DNA from: Flavobacteriales bacterium
GTDB lineage: Bacteria; Bacteroidota; Bacteroidia; Flavobacteriales_D; CAJJDF01
Direction: 5' to 3'
DNA: 64,000 bases
Assembly: GCA_965660305.1 (NCBI GenBank)
Contig: CBFHZD010000001.1
Span: 115,040 to 179,039, forward strand
Shown here: one piece after another, positions 1-9,192 of the stretch
Position numbering within the stretch: the stretch's first letter is position 1
How the letters are laid out: each line of letters opens with the position of its first letter
Position numbers and translations under genes: made by a program
The notes under the pieces: generated by a model
Database searches by the model: none
Seen by the model: only the letters and a program-made list of their open reading frames with translations
Told to the model about the DNA's origin: nothing

Positions 1-1751
1 TTTTATTTATGCCAGCCTGGGATTACATAAAATCTGGATATAAATCGTTGCGAACTGGACATATAAATATTGATGTTCCGGTATCTATTGGGATAATCAC
101 CCTGTATTGCAAAAGTTTATATGACATTTTAATTGAAGGTAACGCAAGTTACATGGATTCTTTTGCGGCTTTCATATTCTTCCTATTGATAGGAAAATGG
201 TTCCAGAACAAAACCTACAATGCCCTTTCTTTTGAGAGAGATTACACCTCATATTTTCCTATTGCTGTTTCTCGCCTAAACAAAGAAAGAGAGGAAATAA
301 TCAAAATTCATGAGATTGAGAAAGACGATATTCTGGTGATAAGAAATGGAGATATCATCCCTGTAGATTGTACCTTGCTTGACGGAAAAGCCAATATTGA
401 TTACAGTTTTGTGACAGGTGAATCGATGGCACAATCGATTAAAAAAGGAGAAAAACTCTATGCGGGAGGAAAGCAATTGGGAACCAACTTACAAGTATTG
501 GTATTAGAAAAAGTAAACCAAAGTTACTTGACTCACTTGTGGAATCAATCGGCTTTTGAACAAGAAGAAAGTGGATATTCCAAACTGAATACTCGGTTAA
601 GTAAATATTTTACTTGGGCGGTGATTGGTATTTCGCTCATTGCAGCGATAATTTGGCTGAACATTGAACCCACCAAAACGGTGAATGTTGTGGTTTCAAT
701 CTTGATTGTGGCTTGCCCTTGTGCTTTGGCCCTAGCTGTTCCTTTTACTTTTGGAAGTGCCTTGCGGTTTTTTGGAAAAACTGGTTTCTACCTCCGCAAT
801 ATTTTCACCATTGAGGACATGTCTCAACTGACCGATGTAGTATTTGACAAAACAGGAACTATCACCTATGCCAATACCTCCGAAATTGAATTCATTGGAG
901 AACCTTTGTCTGACAAACAAAAGAATCAATTAGCGGAGCTCACCAATAATTCTACTCATATTTTAAGTAGAAACATCCGCGATTTTCTTTCGCTTTCTAC
1001 TTCTCAAAAAACACTGACTAGCTTTGAAGAATTTGTAGGCAAAGGAATTGAAGGTGTTTTTGAAGACGAAACTGTCATTAAACTCGGTTCTTACCTCTTT
1101 GTGGAAAAAGAAGAAAACACCCAAGGAGAAACTCGGGTTTATGTTCAAATAAACCAAAAAGTTTTAGGTTATTTCTTGTTCAAAAACTTGTACCGAAATG
1201 GAGTTCCTGAAATGATGGATTCATTGAAAGAACACTATCGCATTCATATTTTATCAGGAGATAACGAACTGGAAAGAGAAAATTTAGAGAAAATGTTACC
1301 GCCTAACAGTACCATTTTATTTAATCAAAAACCTATTGACAAACTCAATTACATTCAAAACCTGCAAACTGAAGGAAAAAAAGTGATGATGATGGGCGAT
1401 GGATTGAATGATGCTGGTGCACTTAAACAGAGTAACGTAGGAGTCGTTTTATCCGAAAATATTTATAACTTTTCACCCGCTAGTGATGGAATTCTCACGG
1501 CAGAAAAACTAACCAAACTTCCAAGATTCTTGGCTTTTTCAAAAAAAACAATTCAGGTACTCAAAGTATGTTTTGGGTTTTCTATTCTCTATAATTCAAT
1601 TGGATTGGGATTTGCCATTACTGGAAATCTGACACCGCTCATTGCGGCTATTTTAATGCCAATTAGCTCCATTTCTGTGGTAGCACTTTCTGTTTTTCTC
1701 ATACAATTCCGCTACGCTGGGATGCTCACGAGGAATAATTCATTCAAATAA
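1..1751 (+). CDS. ccoI: Copper/heavy-metal translocating P-type ATPase (CcoI/FixI-like), 5' end cut by window edge
   Basis: Frame stays open to base 1. CPC metal site (IVACPCALALAVP), DKTGT phosphorylation motif and GDGLNDAGAL hinge are present. Lies directly upstream of ccoS-ccoNO. Confidence 0.85.
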   Translation, partial: LFMPAWDYIKSGYKSLRTGHINIDVPVSIGIITLYCKSLYDILIEGNASYMDSFAAFIFFLLIGKWFQNKTYNALSFERDYTSYFPIAVSRLNKEREEIIKIHEIEKDDILVIRNGDIIPVDCTLLDGKANIDYSFVTGESMAQSIKKGEKLYAGGKQLGTNLQVLVLEKVNQSYLTHLWNQSAFEQEESGYSKLNTRLSKYFTWAVIGISLIAAIIWLNIEPTKTVNVVVSILIVACPCALALAVPFTFGSALRFFGKTGFYLRNIFTIEDMSQLTDVVFDKTGTITYANTSEIEFIGEPLSDKQKNQLAELTNNSTHILSRNIRDFLSLSTSQKTLTSFEEFVGKGIEGVFEDETVIKLGSYLFVEKEENTQGETRVYVQINQKVLGYFLFKNLYRNGVPEMMDSLKEHYRIHILSGDNELERENLEKMLPPNSTILFNQKPIDKLNYIQNLQTEGKKVMMMGDGLNDAGALKQSNVGVVLSENIYNFSPASDGILTAEKLTKLPRFLAFSKKTIQVLKVCFGFSILYNSIGLGFAITGNLTPLIAAILMPISSISVVALSVFLIQFRYAGMLTRNNSFK

Positions 1752-1778
1752 CAGAAAAAACAGCGGTTCTAAAAAACA

Positions 1779-1792
1779 CTGATTTATATCAT
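1779..1792. promoter_or_regulatory. Candidate FNR/FixK-type operator cTGAT-ttat-ATCAt
   Basis: Both core half-sites of TTGAT-N4-ATCAA are present, 57 bp upstream of the ccoS ATG inside the 97-bp ccoI-ccoS gap. Confidence 0.4.
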
Positions 1793-1848
1793 ACTTTTTT
1801 GGTCCCTAACTCATTTCAGCACACTGCCCATACGCTTTACTTTGTGGT

Positions 1849-2010
1849 ATGAATATACTCTTTGTATTAATCGGTATCAGCATATCTCTGGCAATAGTCT
1901 TTTTAGCTCTATTCATTTGGTCTGTGCGATCTGGGCAATACGAAGACGATTACACACCTTCGGTTAGGATGTTGTTTGAAGATTCAAAACCAAAAGAAAC
2001 AAAAAAATAA
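1849..2010 (+). CDS. ccoS: cbb3 oxidase maturation protein CcoS/FixS (53 aa, not in ORF track)
   Basis: Hand translation gives MNILFVLIGISISLAIVFLALFIWSVRSGQYEDDYTPSVRMLFEDSKPKETKK: one TM helix followed by an SGQ-Y-ED motif typical of CcoS. Position between ccoI and ccoN fits. Confidence 0.8.
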   Translation: MNILFVLIGISISLAIVFLALFIWSVRSGQYEDDYTPSVRMLFEDSKPKETKK

Positions 2011-2013
2011 ACT

Positions 2014-4152
2014 ATGGAAAAATTTAGTTATGACAATGGAATTGTAAGAAAGTTTAGCTACGCTACTCTTCTATTTGGAGTTGTGGGGATGACTGTTGGG
2101 CTCTGGATAGCTCTTGAATTAGCCTTCCCTTCGCTAAATGTTGCAAAATGGGTGAATTTTGGTCGTATGAGACCGCTTCATACCAATGCTATTATTTTTG
2201 CATTTGTTGGTAACGCTATGTTTGCCGGAATCTATTATTCTTTACAGCGACTACTCAAGGCTAGAATGGCAAGTGACTTGCTCAGTAATATCCACTTTTG
2301 GGGTTGGCAGTTTATAATTGTGTGTGCAGCCATTACACTTCCTTTAGGTATGAACTCAAGTAAAGAATATGCCGAGTTGGAATGGTGGATTGACATACTC
2401 ATTGCTATAGTTTGGGTAATTTTTGGCTGGAACATGTTCGCGACCATCTTAGAAAGAAGAGTGCAACATTTATACGTGGCCATTTGGTTTTACATCGCAA
2501 CGTTTGTTACGGTAGCCGTTCTTCACATTTTCAATTCCATAGAAATCCCAATTAGTTTTACTAAAAGTTACTCGTGGTATGCAGGGGTTCAAGATGCCCT
2601 AGTTCAATGGTGGTATGGTCACAATGCCGTAGCCTTTTTCTTAACTACCCCATTCCTAGGTTTAATGTACTATTATGTTCCCAAAGCGGCCAACAGACCG
2701 GTATATTCTTACAGGTTATCTATCATCCACTTCTGGACCTTGATTTTCCTTTACATTTGGGCTGGTCCTCACCACTTGTTGTATTCTTCTTTGCCAGATT
2801 GGGCTCAATCTCTAGGAGTTGTATTCTCTATTATGTTAATTATGCCATCTTGGGGAGGAATGCTAAATGGACTATTAACCTTGCGAGGAGCATGGGACAA
2901 AGTAAGAGAAAACCCTGTTCTTAAATTCATGGTAGTGGCAATTACAGCATACGGAATGTCCACTTTTGAAGGACCTATGCTCTCATTGAAGAACGTAAAC
3001 ATGATTTCTCACTTTACAGATTGGACTGTTGCTCACGTTCACGTGGGTGGATTGGGCTGGAACGGAATGATGACTTTTGGTATGTTCTATTTCATTTTCC
3101 CAAGAATATTCAACACAAAGTTATTCTCTATCAAATTAGCCAACACACACTTTTGGCTGGCCACCTTGGGTATCCTATTTTGGACTATCCCCATGTACTG
3201 GGCAGGATTTGTTCAAGGATTAATGTGGCAAGATTTTAAACCAGATGGAAACTTAGAGTATGAATTCATTGATACAGTAGCTCAATTAAGACCTATGTAC
3301 ATGTTACGTTCTTTTGGAGGACTGATTTACTTGACAGGAGCAATCATTGGAATATATAACTTATACAAAACTTCTAAAATTGGTAGTCTTATCAAAAATG
3401 AAGAAACCGAAGCACCAGCATTGGCTCCCGCTCATGCAGAAAACAATGAAGGTTGGCACAGAGTAATAGAAAGAAAACCTGTGAGAATGTTAATCTTTAG
3501 TTTGATTGTCATCTTAATTGGTGGAGTTGTGGAGATTATTCCTACCATGATTATCGAATCCAATGTACCTACAATTGCTGCAGTTAAACCCTACACTCCA
3601 TTGGAGCTGGAAGGAAGAGACATTTACATAAGAGAAGGATGTAATAACTGTCACTCACAAATGGTAAGACCTTTGCGATTCGAAACCAAGCGATACGGAG
3701 AATATTCCAAAGCCGGTGAGTTTGTGTATGACCATCCACATTTATGGGGAAGTAAACGAACTGGACCAGATTTGCACAGAGAAGGAGGAAAAAGAGGTGA
3801 CTCTTGGCATTACACACACTTCTTGAACCCAACACAACTGGAAGAGAAATCGATTATGCCAGCCTACGATTTCTTGATTGAAGAAGACCTAGACATGAGT
3901 TTACTGAAAAGAAAAATTGGCGCATTGAGAAGTATTGGAGTTCCTTACGAAGATGAACTGGAAGAAAAAGCGGAAGGAATGGCAATGGAGCAAGCAAAAG
4001 GAATTGCAAACAACATCATCACGGACTTATTTAAATTGGAAGGAGAAAAGAAAGAAGCTGCAGTAAATAATTTGAGTAAAAAAGAAGTAGTTGCAATTAT
4101 TGCATACCTACAACGATTAGGAACAGACATTAAAGTAAAAGAAAGAAACTAA
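2014..4152 (+). CDS. ccoNO: cbb3-type cytochrome c oxidase, fused subunits I and II (CcoN-CcoO)
   Basis: 712 aa. The polytopic haem-copper oxidase N-terminal part has conserved His residues (HVHVGGLGW). The C-terminal part has a TM anchor, a CNNCH haem c site and CcoO-like WGSKRTGPDL. Confidence 0.92.
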   Translation: MEKFSYDNGIVRKFSYATLLFGVVGMTVGLWIALELAFPSLNVAKWVNFGRMRPLHTNAIIFAFVGNAMFAGIYYSLQRLLKARMASDLLSNIHFWGWQFIIVCAAITLPLGMNSSKEYAELEWWIDILIAIVWVIFGWNMFATILERRVQHLYVAIWFYIATFVTVAVLHIFNSIEIPISFTKSYSWYAGVQDALVQWWYGHNAVAFFLTTPFLGLMYYYVPKAANRPVYSYRLSIIHFWTLIFLYIWAGPHHLLYSSLPDWAQSLGVVFSIMLIMPSWGGMLNGLLTLRGAWDKVRENPVLKFMVVAITAYGMSTFEGPMLSLKNVNMISHFTDWTVAHVHVGGLGWNGMMTFGMFYFIFPRIFNTKLFSIKLANTHFWLATLGILFWTIPMYWAGFVQGLMWQDFKPDGNLEYEFIDTVAQLRPMYMLRSFGGLIYLTGAIIGIYNLYKTSKIGSLIKNEETEAPALAPAHAENNEGWHRVIERKPVRMLIFSLIVILIGGVVEIIPTMIIESNVPTIAAVKPYTPLELEGRDIYIREGCNNCHSQMVRPLRFETKRYGEYSKAGEFVYDHPHLWGSKRTGPDLHREGGKRGDSWHYTHFLNPTQLEEKSIMPAYDFLIEEDLDMSLLKRKIGALRSIGVPYEDELEEKAEGMAMEQAKGIANNIITDLFKLEGEKKEAAVNNLSKKEVVAIIAYLQRLGTDIKVKERN

Positions 4153-4316
4153 TGTTAAAATACATCAAAAACCACATGGCAACGATAGAAGGGATTGAAA
4201 TATATCCCATCTTCTCTCTCATTCTGTTTACTGTCTTTTTTGCAGTGGTAGTTTGGAAAGTTGTGAGCCTCAGAAAATCGGAAATTACAAAATTAGAAAA
4301 CACACCTTTTGACTAG
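4152..4316 (+). CDS. ccoQ: CcoQ/FixQ-like single-helix cbb3 subunit (54 aa, not in ORF track)
   Basis: Hand translation gives MLKYIKNHMATIEGIEIYPIFSLILFTVFFAVVVWKVVSLRKSEITKLENTPFD. The ATG overlaps the ccoNO stop (TAATG). Position between ccoO and ccoP fits. Confidence 0.65.
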   Translation: MLKYIKNHMATIEGIEIYPIFSLILFTVFFAVVVWKVVSLRKSEITKLENTPFD

Positions 4317-4340
4317 GTGAGTTTTATAAATCATTAAACC

Positions 4341-5525
4341 ATGAAAAAAATGAAAAACTATACTAAAGGACTGGGATTATTAGCACTTACAAGTTTGTTC
4401 TCTCTATCTAGTTTTGCTGCTGCAACGAGCACCAATCAGTCTGGAGGATTATCCAATGAAACGGTCTTTTATATCTTGGCTATCCTTGCTGGTCTGTTAT
4501 TAGTAGGAATATTTTTTCTTACCAATTCGGTGAAAGACTTGATGAAAAGTGAATTTTACAAGAAAAAGGTATACGAACAAGAAAACAAAAAAAGAAAAAA
4601 AGGAACGCCAAGCGGAGCTGCTGTAATTGCACTTATGCTAGGTTTACCGTTCGTTTCATTTTCTCAAAACGCCTCAGTAGTTGCTGCCGAAAATAGCGAC
4701 ATTCCTCTATCGTGGGTATGGATGATGGTGATTATCAATGTGATTCTTTTGGGCGTTGTGTTCTACATCCGAAATTTATTCTTTCAAATATTGCGTTCTG
4801 TAAAACCTAAAAAAGTTAGTGTAAAAGAAGCTTCGGCACTGGCAGAACCGAGTAAAATAACAAAGATCTTAACTGATGCAGTTCCCTTAGATAAAGAACA
4901 TGAAATACTCATGGAGCATGAGTATGATGGCATTATGGAGCTGGATAATAACTTACCTCCTTGGTGGCTCTACAGTTTTTATGTTTCTATCGTGTTTGCT
5001 TTTGTTTATATCATTAATTATCACGTTATCGAAGCAACACCGCTTCAGCAAGAGGAATATGAACTTGCCATGGCCGAAGGCGAAAAAGAAGTAGCCGAGT
5101 ACTTGGCTTCTCAAAAATTAAATGTGGACGAAACCAATGTAGTGCTGTTGACAGATGCTGGTGATATTTCTAAAGGAAAAGGGATTTTTGAAAAAAAATG
5201 TGTCGCTTGTCACGGTAAACAAGGAGAAGGAGTAATTGGACCAAACCTAACGGATAAATATTGGTTGCACGGAGGCGATATTGCTTCTGTTTTTAAAATT
5301 GTGAAGTACGGAAAAGCCGAAAAAGGAATGCAAGCCTGGAAAGACGAATTGAACCCAATAGAAATGCAACAAGTTGCTTCTTTCATCAAAAGCATAGCGG
5401 GAACTGCTGTAGGGATAGGAAAAGCTCCACAAGGAGAGATTTTTGAGGAAGGAAAAAGCGACAATGCACCTTCGGATTCCACTGCCAACTCAACTGAAGA
5501 AATGGTTGAGATAGCTCAGAATTAA
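4341..5525 (+). CDS. ccoP: cbb3 oxidase subunit III (CcoP-like), monohaem, with about 190-aa N-terminal membrane extension
   Basis: CcoP N-terminal motif EHEYDGIMELDNNLPPWW is present. There is a single CVACH haem c site. Four hydrophobic segments precede the motif. Confidence 0.85.
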   Translation: MKKMKNYTKGLGLLALTSLFSLSSFAAATSTNQSGGLSNETVFYILAILAGLLLVGIFFLTNSVKDLMKSEFYKKKVYEQENKKRKKGTPSGAAVIALMLGLPFVSFSQNASVVAAENSDIPLSWVWMMVIINVILLGVVFYIRNLFFQILRSVKPKKVSVKEASALAEPSKITKILTDAVPLDKEHEILMEHEYDGIMELDNNLPPWWLYSFYVSIVFAFVYIINYHVIEATPLQQEEYELAMAEGEKEVAEYLASQKLNVDETNVVLLTDAGDISKGKGIFEKKCVACHGKQGEGVIGPNLTDKYWLHGGDIASVFKIVKYGKAEKGMQAWKDELNPIEMQQVASFIKSIAGTAVGIGKAPQGEIFEEGKSDNAPSDSTANSTEEMVEIAQN

Positions 5526-5546
5526 AAGTAAACAAACTAAGATAAA

Positions 5547-6956
5547 ATGGGTCAGACGAAGCCAACAGAAAACTTTAGAGATAAAATCTCGACAGTGGAT
5601 GAAAAGGGGAAACGAATCTGGGTTTTTGCAAAAAAACCATTCGGAAAATGGTTCAACAAAAGGCAAGTTGTTAGTTATTCACTTTTGTTGTTTCTGTTTT
5701 CGGCCCCTTTTATTACTTTAGATGGCGAACCACTTTTGATGTTCAACCTTTTAGAAAGGAAGTTTATCATATTTGGTAAAATATTTTGGCCACAAGACTT
5801 TTACATATTCGCAATTGCGATGCTCACTGGCTTAGTCTTCGTTGTCTTGTTCACCCTCGTTTTTGGTCGGCTTTTCTGCGGTTGGGTCTGTCCTCAAACT
5901 ATCTTTATGGAATTTGTATTTCGAAGAATAGAATATTGGATTGAAGGAGATTGGACACATCAAAAAAGACTAGAAAGACAGCCTTGGAATAGAGAAAAAA
6001 TCATAAAAAAAGTATCCAAGCATGTCATTTTCTTTCTTATCGCATTCTTCGTTGCCAACATCTTTCTTTCGTATATCATTGGATACAAAGAAGTGTTTAA
6101 AATCATAACTGATAATCCTCTTAATCACCTAGGAGGACTTTTCGCAATCTTGGTGTTTAGCTTCTTGTTTTATGGTGTATTTGCCTTCATGAGAGAACAA
6201 GTATGTACCACTATTTGTCCCTATGGACGACTTCAAAGTGTTCTTCTTGATCAAAACTCGATGGTAATTACGTATGACTATGTGCGAGGAGAAAACAGGT
6301 CGAAGTTTCGAAAAAATGAAGACAGAGAGGCAGAAGGCAAAGGTGATTGTATAGATTGCAACCAATGTGTAAATGTATGCCCTACAGGAATAGACATAAG
6401 AAATGGGACTCAACTCGAGTGTGTGAATTGCACAGCTTGTATTGACGAATGTGACCACATCATGGAAAGCATAGACAAACCAAAAGGTTTAATTCGGTAT
6501 GCGTCTGACGAAAGTATAAAAACAGGAATTGCCTTCCAGTTTAGCAAAAAAGCAAAAGCCTATTCGGTTGTGTTGGTTTTGTTACTGGGGCTATTAACTA
6601 CCCTTATCGCTTCTCGTTCTGATTTTCAACTTACCGTAAAAAGAACTTCGGGAAGCCAATTGTTCCATGAAATGGAAGGAGGCAAATATGGAAATATTTA
6701 TTCCATGAATATCATTAATAAAACGAACAAGGATCTTCCTCTAGAGTTCAAACTGCTAGAAGGAAACGGTGAAATAAAAATCATCTCAGATTCACGAACA
6801 CTTCCTCGACAAGATATGTACAAATCTTCTTTTTTACTCATTATGGATGGCGACAACATAGAAGGTTTAAAAACTTACTTTAAAATCGGAGTGTATTCCG
6901 AAGGGAAATTAATTGACAAAACAAACGTAACCTTTATTGGGCCTGCGTTCAACTAA
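5547..6956 (+). CDS. ccoG: cbb3 oxidase accessory 4Fe-4S ferredoxin CcoG/FixG
   Basis: Contains CGWVCP and CPYGRLQ, plus two ferredoxin clusters CIDCNQCVNVCP and CVNCTACIDEC. Also has TM helices and a C-terminal Ig-like region. Confidence 0.88.
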   Translation: MGQTKPTENFRDKISTVDEKGKRIWVFAKKPFGKWFNKRQVVSYSLLLFLFSAPFITLDGEPLLMFNLLERKFIIFGKIFWPQDFYIFAIAMLTGLVFVVLFTLVFGRLFCGWVCPQTIFMEFVFRRIEYWIEGDWTHQKRLERQPWNREKIIKKVSKHVIFFLIAFFVANIFLSYIIGYKEVFKIITDNPLNHLGGLFAILVFSFLFYGVFAFMREQVCTTICPYGRLQSVLLDQNSMVITYDYVRGENRSKFRKNEDREAEGKGDCIDCNQCVNVCPTGIDIRNGTQLECVNCTACIDECDHIMESIDKPKGLIRYASDESIKTGIAFQFSKKAKAYSVVLVLLLGLLTTLIASRSDFQLTVKRTSGSQLFHEMEGGKYGNIYSMNIINKTNKDLPLEFKLLEGNGEIKIISDSRTLPRQDMYKSSFLLIMDGDNIEGLKTYFKIGVYSEGKLIDKTNVTFIGPAFN

Positions 6957-6968
6957 AACAACACACTT

Positions 6969-7403
6969 ATGAATTGGGGATGGAGAATTGCACTATTTTT
7001 GACATTATTTATTAGTTTCATCTTGTACATGGTGATTTACTCATTTGGACGAACAAATGATTTGGTTTCTGAAGATTATTACAACCAAGAAATCCAATAC
7101 CAAAAAAACATTGATGCACAAGAAAAGGGCTTGTATTTAGCAAAAGACATTCGCATTGATTCAAAAGAGAATGTAATCGAAATACAATTCCCAACAAGTT
7201 TCGAACGAGAAATTGAGAAAGGAGACATTTCATTTTACCGACCAGATAACGCAAAACTGGATCGCTCATTCCCAATGAAATTGGATCAAAACAACATTCA
7301 ATCCATCAACAAAAGTGAGATAGCTAGCGGATTTTATAAAATTACAATCCAGTTTATTCAGCATGGTGATTTACACCTAATCAACAAAGAAATGTGGTTA
7401 TGA
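6969..7403 (+). CDS. FixH-family protein
   Basis: 144 aa with an N-terminal TM helix followed by a soluble domain. Position after ccoG matches the FixGH arrangement. Confidence 0.6.
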   Translation: MNWGWRIALFLTLFISFILYMVIYSFGRTNDLVSEDYYNQEIQYQKNIDAQEKGLYLAKDIRIDSKENVIEIQFPTSFEREIEKGDISFYRPDNAKLDRSFPMKLDQNNIQSINKSEIASGFYKITIQFIQHGDLHLINKEMWL

Positions 7404-8140
7404 ATTTTGCCGAAGGTTTTTTAATTGGATTTCTAGGTTCTATCCATTGTATTGGGATGTGCGGACCTATTGCGCTGATGATTCCTACAAGTAAAAATCC
7501 TTTTCTCAAGTTTTTTCAAATTATCACTTATAACTTCGGGAGGGTACTCACCTATTCCCTTTTTGGATTGTTTTTTGGCCTAATTGGAGAATCTGTGAGA
7601 ATGATGGAGATTCAGCAAATTGTTTCCATCGTAGTAGGTATAATCCTAATTGTTATCGTTATTGGAACTTTATTTTCTTACCACAAAGCCGCAAACCAAG
7701 CCAACAAATTTGTAACCAAGTTATTTGACCCCATAAAAAAGCGGTTTGGTCAATTACTAGGCAAAGAAAGAAAAAACTTGCTTGCCATTGGAGTTCTAAA
7801 TGGTTTTTTACCCTGCGGACTTATCTATTTTGCATTGGCAGCTTCCATTACTTCCGAATCGATTGCCGGCAGCTCACTATTCATGGCAGCATTTGGAGTT
7901 GGAACTATTCCTGCCATGCTCCTATTTATGTATTTCAAAAGCGCAATTAATCAAAAAATAAACCTTCAAAAAGTGGTGCCTTACTTGCTTTTGGCTATGG
8001 GGATGTTGCTCGTAATGAGAGGAATGAACCTGGGGATTCCTTACATCAGTCCAAAAATCAAAAAGAATGCACAACAAGAGGCCACACTTGGCGGTTGTTG
8101 TAGTGCCGACAAACAATTTGAAACAGAATCATTGGATTAG
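7394..8140 (+). CDS. TauE/SafE- or DsbD_2-like polytopic membrane protein of the cco cluster
   Basis: 248 aa, about 6 TM segments, HCIGMCGP motif in TM1. Overlaps the FixH-like gene by 10 nt. Confidence 0.6.
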   Translation: MVMNFAEGFLIGFLGSIHCIGMCGPIALMIPTSKNPFLKFFQIITYNFGRVLTYSLFGLFFGLIGESVRMMEIQQIVSIVVGIILIVIVIGTLFSYHKAANQANKFVTKLFDPIKKRFGQLLGKERKNLLAIGVLNGFLPCGLIYFALAASITSESIAGSSLFMAAFGVGTIPAMLLFMYFKSAINQKINLQKVVPYLLLAMGMLLVMRGMNLGIPYISPKIKKNAQQEATLGGCCSADKQFETESLD

Positions 8141-9186
8141 TATTTATACTTTCTTAATTCTTGTTCTTCTTTAATGTAAATTGTTTTTCCTTCAGCTGAA
8201 ATCAATCCATCTTTTTTGAATTCGCTCAAGGTTCTAATCACTGATTCAGTAGATGTTCCAGCAATATTAGCCAAGTCTTCTCTTGGTATTTGTAGCCCCT
8301 TTGTATAATCCTGACTGTATTTATCAAAGTACTTAATCAATCCATCTGCCACTCTCTTTTTTACTGAATTATAAGCCAAATTCAATAGTTCTTCCTCTTT
8401 CTCAATTACCTCTTTGGATAATATCTTGATGAATTCATTCGCTACTTCTCTTTTGTTTTTTATAAGGCTGTAAAATTCTTCTCGAGGAATTAATTCTACT
8501 TGAGTTTCCAATACGGCAATGGCTGAATCTGAATATTCATCGTCTTTCAACAACGAATGATAACCAAAAAACTCATTCTCTTTGTACAGACCAGTTATCA
8601 ATTCTTTACCATCCTCGTTGGTCTTAAAAGTTTTCACCTGTCCTTTTTTGATGTAGTACAAATAAACCGGAGAACCATATTGCAGGTAAATAAAGTTTTT
8701 CGCCCTGAACACCTTATTTTTTTTGTTCTTGAATAGTTCGTGGTTTTCATCCACATTTTCCATGTCAAACTCTCCATCTTCCTCTGGGCTGGAAAGGTTG
8801 TTCATCGCCTTTTTTAATTTACTACTTTTACTCAGCCTTCTTTCCACAGATTTTATCAGATCCATTTCCTCAAAAGGCTTTGTGAGGTAATCATCTGCTC
8901 CTAATTCCATTCCTTTTCTAAAGTCCTGCGCATCAGATTTTGCGGTGAGAAAAATAAATGGAATTGTAGAGGTTTTTGGATCAATGCTTAAATAATACAG
9001 CACATCGTATCCATCCATTTCGGGCATCATTATATCACAGATAATTAAATCAGGAAGTATTTCCTTTGCCACCCTTACACCTTCTTTTCCATTTGCAGCT
9101 CCGTTTACTTTATATCCAGCTAGTTCCAGAAGTTCTGTTGTGTTTTCCAAAACATCCTTGTTATCTTCAATAATTAGTATGTTCAT
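8137..9186 (-). CDS. Response regulator: REC + cNMP-binding-like barrel + Crp/Fnr-type HTH
   Basis: REC domain with DIMMPEMDG and a TAK...DDYLTKPF signature. C-terminal HTH REDLANIAGTSTESVIRTLSEFKKDG resembles the FNR recognition helix. Confidence 0.85.
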   Translation of the reverse strand: MNILIIEDNKDVLENTTELLELAGYKVNGAANGKEGVRVAKEILPDLIICDIMMPEMDGYDVLYYLSIDPKTSTIPFIFLTAKSDAQDFRKGMELGADDYLTKPFEEMDLIKSVERRLSKSSKLKKAMNNLSSPEEDGEFDMENVDENHELFKNKKNKVFRAKNFIYLQYGSPVYLYYIKKGQVKTFKTNEDGKELITGLYKENEFFGYHSLLKDDEYSDSAIAVLETQVELIPREEFYSLIKNKREVANEFIKILSKEVIEKEEELLNLAYNSVKKRVADGLIKYFDKYSQDYTKGLQIPREDLANIAGTSTESVIRTLSEFKKDGLISAEGKTIYIKEEQELRKYKY

Positions 9187-9192
9187 TCTCTT

